Part shown: one piece after another, positions 57,052 through 64,000 of the stretch
Position numbering within the stretch: position 1 is the stretch's first letter
Layout: each line of letters starts with the position of its first letter
Source of the DNA: Candidatus Falkowbacteria bacterium HGW-Falkowbacteria-1
GTDB lineage: Bacteria; Patescibacteriota; Patescibacteriia; Patescibacteriales; UBA12465
DNA length: 64,000 nucleotides
Direction of reading: 5' to 3'
Assembly (NCBI GenBank): GCA_002840305.1
Contig: PHAI01000003.1
Location: 134,908-198,907 of the forward strand
Position numbers and translations under genes: made by a program
Notes under the pieces: model-generated
Database searches by the model: none
The model's input: only the letters and a program-made list of their open reading frames with translations
What the model was told of the DNA's origin: nothing

Positions 57052-58780
57052 AAATTTGTTTATAGACATCTAATATTTTCTGCGGAATAGGTTCAAGGGA
57101 AACATTATTCCAGCCGATAAAGTCGCTTTTATCCACGCCGAGCGGATCAAGCGTGAAGCAGTAAAAGACTTTGTTGCCATTAATTTTATTGAGTTCTTTT
57201 TTGAGATCAGACAATGCCTTGCGATCCAAAGAATAATATACTGCCAAAGTTTGATCACCTTGCTGGAAAATACGATAGTCATCGGTCTTTTTTATTTCAT
57301 CAAAAATACCTTCTCGCAAACAAAGCATCTCGGTACATTCTTTGGTTATGCGAATTTTGAAGTCGTCTTTGTTAGAAGCGTCTGTGACAAATTTTGTTTT
57401 GAAATATTTGAGAGAACCTCCCAATCCTTTGACATCAGAATCTTTTGCACCCTTATATCCAGTAATAACTTTCTTAACACGAGGATAGCAGACTTCATCG
57501 CAAATATTGTTTTCGTTGTTCGTACATAAAATGAATCTGCGACCACCACCATCTTGCTTGTTTAGTTCCAAGACTGCTTGACCAGTCGTCCCTGATCCAG
57601 CAAAAAAGTCGAGAATTGTAGCGTCTTTATCGTTAGTACCAGAAAGAATTGACTTCATTACTGCAAACGGAGATTTTGGATATTGGAACATCTCTCTTTT
57701 ACCCAAAATCTTATCCAATGTTGATGTACCATATTCACTAGCTGAGAACTCCGCATCATACCAAATACTTTGGGGAGTTTGACCCTCTAGTCCGCCTCTA
57801 AATTTATAATAGACTTGGTATCCGTTTGTTGTTTGCTTCTTAACCCACAAATCTCCAATTTTACACATTTGATCTATGACATCTTTTGAACGTCGCCATA
57901 TTCTTTTTTGACCAGTTGGATCAATTGGTAAAATTTCTACGGGTAATTTTTTGATAGAACTAACTTGCCCGGTTTTAGGATCAAAATATATTGGATAATA
58001 TCTATCAGATAATTTACCCGCTTTATTTACAGCGCCGCTATCAACACCTTGCTTGCGAAGATTAACCTGTAAAAACCAACTGCCGTCCTCATCTTTTTGA
58101 TAGTTATGAGTTTTATCTTCCGGTGCAACGGGTAATTTTCTAACAAATGATTCTGATGTTTTTCCAAAAAATAATGCGTATTCATGTACTAATGACAACT
58201 TTCTCTTTGTCATTCTACCTTTTGGATTATTTCTAATCACCAGCGTCCCTAAATGGTTATCATGACCAAAAATTTCCTCCATATTCATCCAAAGCCGAGG
58301 CAACTCATAATCATCTATAGTGACACATATCACGCCGTCATCTTTTAATAAATTTTTAGCAAGTCGCAATCTTTTATCCATAAAAGATAACCACTTACTA
58401 TGTCTAAAGGAATCTGAGTCGTCTACATAATCATTGTTATACTTCCAATCCCTAGCACCTGTGTTGTAGGGAGGATCAATATAAATAAAATCAATCTTAC
58501 CCTGATGTGTGAAATTCAAAACAGAGAGGGCGTGGTAGTTGTCTCCCTCAATAAGAATATTTACCGGCCCACCATTCTTGTCGGCAATTTCTTTGCCTTT
58601 AACTTCTTTCAAGACTGGTAATGCGTTCACGGCATCCTTTTCAAATTGTTCTTTAACTTTCTCCTCATCCCAAATGAGCCCGTACTTTTTGCGAGATTCC
58701 AACTTCTCAACAATCTTTATAAGATCGTCCTTACTTAGCTGTGAGTAGTCTTTTCCGTTTTTGGCGATTTCCTTTGGCAT
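57041..58780 (-). CDS. mod: Type III R-M DNA adenine methyltransferase
   Basis: LIEGDN, YIDPPYNTG, HSKWLSFM..RL, LDFFAGSGTTG. Confidence 0.93.
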   Translation of the reverse strand: MPKEIAKNGKDYSQLSKDDLIKIVEKLESRKKYGLIWDEEKVKEQFEKDAVNALPVLKEVKGKEIADKNGGPVNILIEGDNYHALSVLNFTHQGKIDFIYIDPPYNTGARDWKYNNDYVDDSDSFRHSKWLSFMDKRLRLAKNLLKDDGVICVTIDDYELPRLWMNMEEIFGHDNHLGTLVIRNNPKGRMTKRKLSLVHEYALFFGKTSESFVRKLPVAPEDKTHNYQKDEDGSWFLQVNLRKQGVDSGAVNKAGKLSDRYYPIYFDPKTGQVSSIKKLPVEILPIDPTGQKRIWRRSKDVIDQMCKIGDLWVKKQTTNGYQVYYKFRGGLEGQTPQSIWYDAEFSASEYGTSTLDKILGKREMFQYPKSPFAVMKSILSGTNDKDATILDFFAGSGTTGQAVLELNKQDGGGRRFILCTNNENNICDEVCYPRVKKVITGYKGAKDSDVKGLGGSLKYFKTKFVTDASNKDDFKIRITKECTEMLCLREGIFDEIKKTDDYRIFQQGDQTLAVYYSLDRKALSDLKKELNKINGNKVFYCFTLDPLGVDKSDFIGWNNVSLEPIPQKILDVYKQIYEY

Positions 58781-58784
58781 ATAT

Positions 58785-59489
58785 TTATTTTTCGTTATCT
58801 AACGCAAGCTTCATCAAGAATATTGTTTCTGTTCTGAGTTTCGACTTAACCCAAGCCTTCTGTTTTTCATCCAAGAGTTCACCCATACCGGAAAGAATGT
58901 TGCGATCCGTAGTTTTTTCCAACAACTCAATATTCTTCTGTAGGAATTCTTTATATGTCATGCCAGTGCGTTTTTCCACGATCTGTTTATTAACTGGCCA
59001 ATTATCTTTTAGAAAGAAATAGACATCAAAAATATCTCGGTTAGTTTTACCGATTCTTTCATACATCGCACAAAGTTTGTGAGCCACCATATCTTCCTTA
59101 ATCATCACTTTCATCGGAATGCCGATATATGACTTAACTTCATACTTAGAACCGAAATCTCTACGATTTATTTCCACTTTCACATTTTGAGCCCCGGCGA
59201 CTTTCTCTTCATAAGAAAGCAAATAAAAAAGATTAAACCTTTTCATTTCAGCCTCTTTGAGTGTTCCGTAACTTTCTAAAATCTCTTTAACCCTATTGAA
59301 AACTTGATCTTCTTTAGTTGCATCCAAGAGATCAAAGTCTAAGTCTACTGAGAAACGATTGAGATCGTAGAAAAGAAAAGCGGCCGTTCCTCCCTTGAAA
59401 CCAAGAAAGGGTCCGACATTAGGATCGGTAAATATGTCCTTAAGGATTCTGATAAGAATATTTTTGTGCGTAGTTCTGTCTATTGTCAT
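58785..59489 (-). CDS. abiEii: AbiEii-family nucleotidyltransferase toxin
   Basis: FKGGTA...L.RFSVDLDF, K..A...R...RDIFD. Confidence 0.9.
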   Translation of the reverse strand: MTIDRTTHKNILIRILKDIFTDPNVGPFLGFKGGTAAFLFYDLNRFSVDLDFDLLDATKEDQVFNRVKEILESYGTLKEAEMKRFNLFYLLSYEEKVAGAQNVKVEINRRDFGSKYEVKSYIGIPMKVMIKEDMVAHKLCAMYERIGKTNRDIFDVYFFLKDNWPVNKQIVEKRTGMTYKEFLQKNIELLEKTTDRNILSGMGELLDEKQKAWVKSKLRTETIFLMKLALDNEK

Positions 59490-59493
59490 AAAT

Positions 59494-60081
59494 TTATTGG
59501 CTTTGTTTAGATTTAAAATCTTTATAGTATTGATTGACTTTTTTGGTCATCCGCTTGTTTTCATACAACGGCAAAATTGAAAATACCTTGTCCCAATCTA
59601 GAGGCGACAAATTATCAAAGTGGTAATCTTTGTTTAAATAAACAATGTCCAAAAATGCTCTTTCTTTTGAAGCAATTGAATAGAATCCTTTGTTTTCTAT
59701 TCCAGAATTATTATTGAGAATATTGGTTTTCAATTTCTTGAAAGAAAAAATCTGTCCATCGCAATCTATTTCTTTCGTCTGATAGGAAGCAACAAAAATT
59801 TGACTGTAATGCTGAAACGTAACTCCAGCTTCAGCTAAGACTGTTTCAAAACTTACATAAGCCGGAATAAATATCTTTGTTGCTAATTCAAGCTTGTTAT
59901 AATTTTTATCTTTGGCGTACAAACCTCTACGTATCCCGTACAGCTGTCCATTTTTTATATAGGAATATATTCTGCGTCTCAAAAGAGCCGGATTACTCTC
60001 TCCGGAAGCTAACAATATCTCCTTAAAAGAAAAGACTGTATTATTGCTTTTTAGAATGCTTAAAATGTCGGCTTTTTCCAT
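59494..60081 (-). CDS. abiEi: AbiEi-family antitoxin
   Basis: wHTH IRRGLY, YVSFETVL..G, ERAFLD; directly upstream of abiEii. Confidence 0.85.
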   Translation of the reverse strand: MEKADILSILKSNNTVFSFKEILLASGESNPALLRRRIYSYIKNGQLYGIRRGLYAKDKNYNKLELATKIFIPAYVSFETVLAEAGVTFQHYSQIFVASYQTKEIDCDGQIFSFKKLKTNILNNNSGIENKGFYSIASKERAFLDIVYLNKDYHFDNLSPLDWDKVFSILPLYENKRMTKKVNQYYKDFKSKQSQ

Positions 60082-60463
60082 ATATTTATGCTTTATAGGT
60101 TAAATGTTACCTGTGATGTTACCTTTGACTCTTATTATATGCTATAATGAAACCTAATACAAGGTGGATAATCAGATATACCCGACTATATACGATTATA
60201 TTCGCAAGTATCCAAAGATTAGTGAATGGGAGGCATAAAGTGGGTCCAATTCACTAAAGTTGGCGTTTCTGATATGAGACAAAAGTGTACCATTACGGAA
60301 ATGGCTATTTTGTACAGCTGAATCACTGTAGTGGACAGAAAAGAGACTTTTTGCACACTGTACTATGTTAAAAAAGGAAAATAAGCATAGTACAAGATGA
60401 AAACTATGTTAAAAAGGCAAAAGTGAACTGGATGTAAGGTTTAAGCTTATATCCAGCTAAAAA

Positions 60464-61144
60464 ATGAGTATGAAAATGAAAAAGGCCACTTTGGCCACCA
60501 AATACAAATTTAATATCCGAAAATCAGTGGACTTTATGCCGACCTACCGGTTATCTATTGCCACTACTGAAAAGATTTTGCGATCATCTATGAAATCGGC
60601 TGGAATTATAGACGGTGACCAAATCATAAAACACAATCAACCAGCGATCGGACTTCTCACTAAAGAAATCATCGAAACAAAACTCGAAGTGAAAGGTATC
60701 CGGTCCCTGCTGGAACGCCGAACCAGTAAATTTGAAGGACTAACTGAATACGACCAACAGTTTATAAAAACATTTGCAAGGGAGGCGACGATTTCTTTTG
60801 CTGAATATTTTGCAAAGAGCACAAATACTCCAGCCAGTAAGACCGCCGTGTACATTTCATCCGATTGCGAAATATATCGTGAACCAAAGAGCCAATATTG
60901 TTTTAGAATGGAAGCCCCGAGCAAAAGAATGAAGTTGATAACTGCAATGATGTCCACCAAAAAATACATACCGACCCAAACATTAGCCGACGTCACTGGA
61001 TTGGCAAGTGTCAAATCCGTTCAAAGTGCGGTCCAAGCAATAAGGCGATCCGCGGAAAAGAAACTCGGACTCTTAAAATTTATCGACGGCTGGCAGGATT
61101 CCGGATACCGTATCAACCCAAACGTAATGTTGAAAAAGGAATAA
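60464..61144 (+). CDS. Putative regulator with C-terminal winged helix
   Basis: C-terminal T..LA......SVQSAVQAIRR...GYRIN; transcribed divergently from the defence operon. Confidence 0.6.
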   Translation: MSMKMKKATLATKYKFNIRKSVDFMPTYRLSIATTEKILRSSMKSAGIIDGDQIIKHNQPAIGLLTKEIIETKLEVKGIRSLLERRTSKFEGLTEYDQQFIKTFAREATISFAEYFAKSTNTPASKTAVYISSDCEIYREPKSQYCFRMEAPSKRMKLITAMMSTKKYIPTQTLADVTGLASVKSVQSAVQAIRRSAEKKLGLLKFIDGWQDSGYRINPNVMLKKE

Positions 61145-61185
61145 AGTTCGCAAGGTACTCTCAAGACCCCTGTTAATAACTTTTT

Positions 61186-61216
61186 ACAAAAGCGACCAAA
61201 GCGGTCGTTTTTTTGT
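61186..61216 (+). terminator. Intrinsic terminator
   Basis: ACAAAAGCGACC-AAAGC-GGTCGTTTTTTTGT. Confidence 0.7.
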
Positions 61217-61287
61217 CTTGAAAATTCAATCAAAGAGTATGTAAAGAGGCGCGACCCGATTGGTATAAAGAATATGCAAACATCTTT

Positions 61288-61470
61288 ATGCCGAAGCCAA
61301 TAATCACAAAGAAAATACCGCCTCTCACCCCAGCTCAAATGGAGGAAATTTTTATGGACAGATTAGCTGATCTAATTGTCCGACTTTTGGATTATCGCTA
61401 CGAGCAAAAAGAGAAAGAAAAACAATCTAATAATCAAAATGAATATGAAAAACCAAACACCAGACAATAA
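61288..61470 (+). CDS. Small hypothetical protein
   Basis: 60 aa; first gene of the replication operon. Confidence 0.55.
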   Translation: MPKPIITKKIPPLTPAQMEEIFMDRLADLIVRLLDYRYEQKEKEKQSNNQNEYEKPNTRQ

Positions 61471-61702
61471 TTTTATTACCAGCGACTTCTACACGGCCTG
61501 TCTGCTCTTAGCCAACGATTATCATCTTGTCGGCATAAATAAAACCGACAGCCGACGCTTCCGCTTTATCTTCACCGATGAACCGGATCGGGTCCAAATC
61601 GTTGCCGGATACTTTGACGGCCTAACGAGCGTTAACACTCGCAAGTTTGTAAACGCCATTAAAGAGCTGAAGTCGCTCATGTATAACGACGCGATCAGTT
61701 GA
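61445..61702 (+). CDS. DUF5659-like protein
   Basis: F.TSDFY.AC.L....Y.L.......RF.F.F pattern; ATG start 61445. Confidence 0.7.
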   Translation: MKNQTPDNNFITSDFYTACLLLANDYHLVGINKTDSRRFRFIFTDEPDRVQIVAGYFDGLTSVNTRKFVNAIKELKSLMYNDAIS

Positions 61703-61721
61703 AAATAATCAAATATGAAAT

Positions 61722-62501
61722 ATGGAAAATTTGCCATTCGAAATAGATAACAATGATTATGTAAAGCTTCCCCGAAGCATCAAGACCGCCCTTGTGGACG
61801 GCTATTTGAGTTTTGAGGAATACTCGGTCCTCGTCTGGCTGTGGATCAACGCCAATCCCCGGATCGGCCGAGCCCAAGTAAGCTATGCCGGACTTTCCAA
61901 GGACTTCAAAGAAAAGTATTCCAAGAATCACATTAACCGGCTGATGTTAAACCTTAAGCGGAAGAAGTGGATGTGGTTTCCTGTACAGCAAGGTCGCAGA
62001 AGTTCGTTCCATGTTGATATCGCTAGTTACCCCTTATCAAATGGTGGTTTTGTCAACATTGAAGTACGCCAGAAACAGAAGTTCGGCAGAAGTGAGGATG
62101 ATATTACAGAGCATTCACCAGCAGAAGTGCCAACAGAAGTCAGTGATGTTCGGCAGAAGTTGGAAAGCGACAAAAACGCTTTAGTGGACAGGTTTTCTTT
62201 CACTTCGGAAAATTCGCTCGGCAGAAGTTCCAAGAACGACAACGAGAAAGAAAATAAAAACAACCGATCGAATCGTGGTCGACCCGTAAGTGAATTCACT
62301 CCCAAGTCTTATGAGGAACAGAAATGCTGGGAGATTGCCCAAGAGCTGGGAGAAAAAGATATGACCTTTATCCTATCCGCTCTCAAAAAGTACGGATTGA
62401 CGAGAATTGAGGAAGCGTACCGATCCGTGATAAATCAATCAAGCGAGAAAGTAAGAAAAAGAGGTGCGTATTTTAACACTTTATTAAACATCAATAATTA
62501 A
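61722..62501 (+). CDS. Replication initiator-like protein
   Basis: N-terminal wHTH (YVKLPRS...LS..E..V..WL), low-complexity linker with DNA repeats, C-terminal helical domain ending GAYFNTLL. Confidence 0.65.
   Translation: MENLPFEIDNNDYVKLPRSIKTALVDGYLSFEEYSVLVWLWINANPRIGRAQVSYAGLSKDFKEKYSKNHINRLMLNLKRKKWMWFPVQQGRRSSFHVDIASYPLSNGGFVNIEVRQKQKFGRSEDDITEHSPAEVPTEVSDVRQKLESDKNALVDRFSFTSENSLGRSSKNDNEKENKNNRSNRGRPVSEFTPKSYEEQKCWEIAQELGEKDMTFILSALKKYGLTRIEEAYRSVINQSSEKVRKRGAYFNTLLNINN
61997..62228 (+). repeat. Iteron-like repeats (7 x CAGAAGT; 3 x TCGGCAGAAGT)
   Basis: Copies at 61997, 62076, 62087, 62122, 62134, 62154, 62222. Confidence 0.8.
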
Positions 62502-62510
62502 CTAAAAAAT

Positions 62511-62717
62511 ATGAACAAAGTAAAATCAAAAAAACCAATAGAAAAATCAGATGAGATATTCAAAAATAATCTCATCAAGGCGGCGAAAACCTTAGTATCA
62601 CTTTTAGATAGTAAAGACGAAGTAGTCAGACTGTCGGCCACTGAGTACATCATAAAGAAAATAACCGAACAGCCGACTATTATCGTGATTAATAAGGGCG
62701 AAAAAAATTCTACTTAA
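62511..62717 (+). CDS. Small protein with TerS-like helix pair
   Basis: AAKTLVSLLDSKDEVVRLSATEYII. Confidence 0.6.
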   Translation: MNKVKSKKPIEKSDEIFKNNLIKAAKTLVSLLDSKDEVVRLSATEYIIKKITEQPTIIVINKGEKNST

Positions 62718-62729
62718 CTCTACTTTTTT

Positions 62730-63302
62730 ATGCCAAAAATTAAACATCTATCCGAATATCACAAAGTGGCATTCGAGCTTAAATATAAAGGCTTTTCTTA
62801 TCAAAACATTGCTGAAATTTTGAATAAGAGATGGCCAAAAAGTAGAAAAGCCAAATTTACTGTTCAAAGCATAAAAGATTGGTTTAAAGAGGCAGGAACA
62901 CTTGCAAGCGATTATGAACACTACGCCAACGAAATGGACGATATTCATGCCGAGACCATGGAGATTGTTCGCCGAGCCGGGGCCAGAGTCAGGGAGGAAA
63001 ACTTTCGTCTAGCCAATGAAATGCTCGTGGCTCTCATGGGAAGTTCTAACGATGCCGTGAAGTTAGCTGCAATTAAGGAAATATTAGATCGAGTCGAAGG
63101 TAAGCCGAAAGAAAACATCATGCTTAATAATCAAGATATCTACGAATTACCCCCTCAAGAACGCTGGAAACTTATCCCTTATGAAATCAAACTCCGCTTA
63201 TCGAGAAATCAATACTCCAAAGAAACAGCCGATGCAATATTTAATTGGGCGGAAACTGGAAAAACTAAACCAGCCAAACCAAGACCAGATAACCAAAAAT
63301 AA
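62730..63302 (+). CDS. HTH protein, terminase small subunit-like
   Basis: N-terminal HTH (GFSYQNIAEIL..TVQSIKDW); ANEMLVALMGSSNDAVKLAAIKEILDRVEGKP. Confidence 0.55.
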   Translation: MPKIKHLSEYHKVAFELKYKGFSYQNIAEILNKRWPKSRKAKFTVQSIKDWFKEAGTLASDYEHYANEMDDIHAETMEIVRRAGARVREENFRLANEMLVALMGSSNDAVKLAAIKEILDRVEGKPKENIMLNNQDIYELPPQERWKLIPYEIKLRLSRNQYSKETADAIFNWAETGKTKPAKPRPDNQK

Positions 63303-63624
63303 CGGTCATAACGGCAACAATCCGCAACAAACGGCAACATTTTGGCCAAAAAAGCTGAAAATTTGCTCACACCAACTCACACTAAATGACACTAAAAAAG
63401 GAAAAGTCTGAAACGCACAATCATCGAAAAAACCAGCAAATAAGAGAATAATTACAGGTTATTACAGTTGTTTATAGTAAAACCGGTGAAAGTGTCCGAC
63501 TCACAACATTTAGAGAATAATCCGAGCTGTGGGCAACTCGAGCTTAGCTTGTCGACAAAATTAGTATAGGGTGTCCGTGAAAGGTCTCTTAATAAAAATT
63601 AACCGATAATTAAAATGAAATAAT

Positions 63625-64000
63625 ATGGAACATGCATTAATTTACTGCCGAGTCTCAACCGAGGAACAAGCCGAGGACGGCCACCATTCCCTTGCGACTC
63701 AGCTCAAGCTCTGTAAACGAGCGATTGAGGAAAGTAACAAATTCAAACTGATAGACGACGGCGTTTTTGAAGACCCTGGCCGATCAGCCACCAATATGAA
63801 CCGGCCAGGTCTGCAAGACATGCTACTTAAAATCCAAGACGACAAAACAATCAGAGCAGTTTTTATTCAAGACACTGACCGACTAGCCAGAAACGCTCTT
63901 GATCACATGCAGATCAAGGCGATTATGAAAAAGCATAATGTTGAACTTTTTTCTGTCTCCCAGCCAGGCATCACTGACAGTCCCGAGGGAAACTTTATGG
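63625..64000 (+). CDS. Serine recombinase (probably a large serine integrase), truncated by the window end; not in the ORF track
   Basis: MEHALIYCRVSTEEQA...SLATQ...FEDPGRSA..MNRPGLQDML...DRLARN. Confidence 0.93.
   Translation, partial: MEHALIYCRVSTEEQAEDGHHSLATQLKLCKRAIEESNKFKLIDDGVFEDPGRSATNMNRPGLQDMLLKIQDDKTIRAVFIQDTDRLARNALDHMQIKAIMKKHNVELFSVSQPGITDSPEGNFM

Larger units (their letters stand above)
47400..64000. mobile_element. Integrative element / defence island with serine recombinase (left edge approximate, right end outside the window)
   Basis: Visible rise in GC from about 47.4 kb; defence genes, replication-initiator-like gene and serine recombinase. Confidence 0.8.

Noticed and set aside
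57041..58780. Phase-variable mod (phasevarion)
   Set aside because: No simple sequence repeat tract is visible in or before the gene
3523..63411. Numerous 60-140 aa ORFs antisense to or nested within long genes (e.g. 3523..3768, 34464..34889, 53706..54050, 63181..63411)
   Set aside because: Shadow ORFs of well-supported genes with no recognisable motifs

Overview
AT-rich bacterial chromosome segment. Its gene content points to a Patescibacteria (CPR, Parcubacteria-like) genome, which is an inference: a tandem array of TrbC/VirB2-type pilin-like genes, short TruB, compact housekeeping genes and mostly no Shine-Dalgarno motifs. Bases 1-44.3 kb hold core genes: rsmE, glmS, rpsF-ssb-rpsR-efp, an ECF sigma module, lgt, ppsA, comM, yraN, smc, a P-type ATPase, glucan phosphorylase, truB and three tRNAs (Pro-GGG, Ser-CGA, Leu-TAG). 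This part also has a 7-gene pilin array facing a divergent cluster of three GT-C-like and one GT2 glycosyltransferases, and an unannotated 58-aa histone-H1-like gene upstream of an apparently hinge-less SMC. Bases 44.3-47.3 kb hold orphan genes built as self-contained units (consensus sigma70 promoter, usually a boxA-like motif, ORF, terminator); the three minus-strand units are separated by two interleaved direct-repeat families. From about 47.4 kb to the end is a more GC-rich integrative element that runs off the window. Its left arm is a defence operon: AbiE, type III R-M, a membrane-anchored HerA-like ATPase coupled to a DUF2779 nuclease, a HEPN-like protein and a tiny acidic protein. Its right arm carries a regulator, DUF5659, a replication initiator with internal iteron-like repeats, TerS-like genes and a serine recombinase, which together resemble a phage satellite. 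All calls come from reading motifs by eye; no database searches were run.
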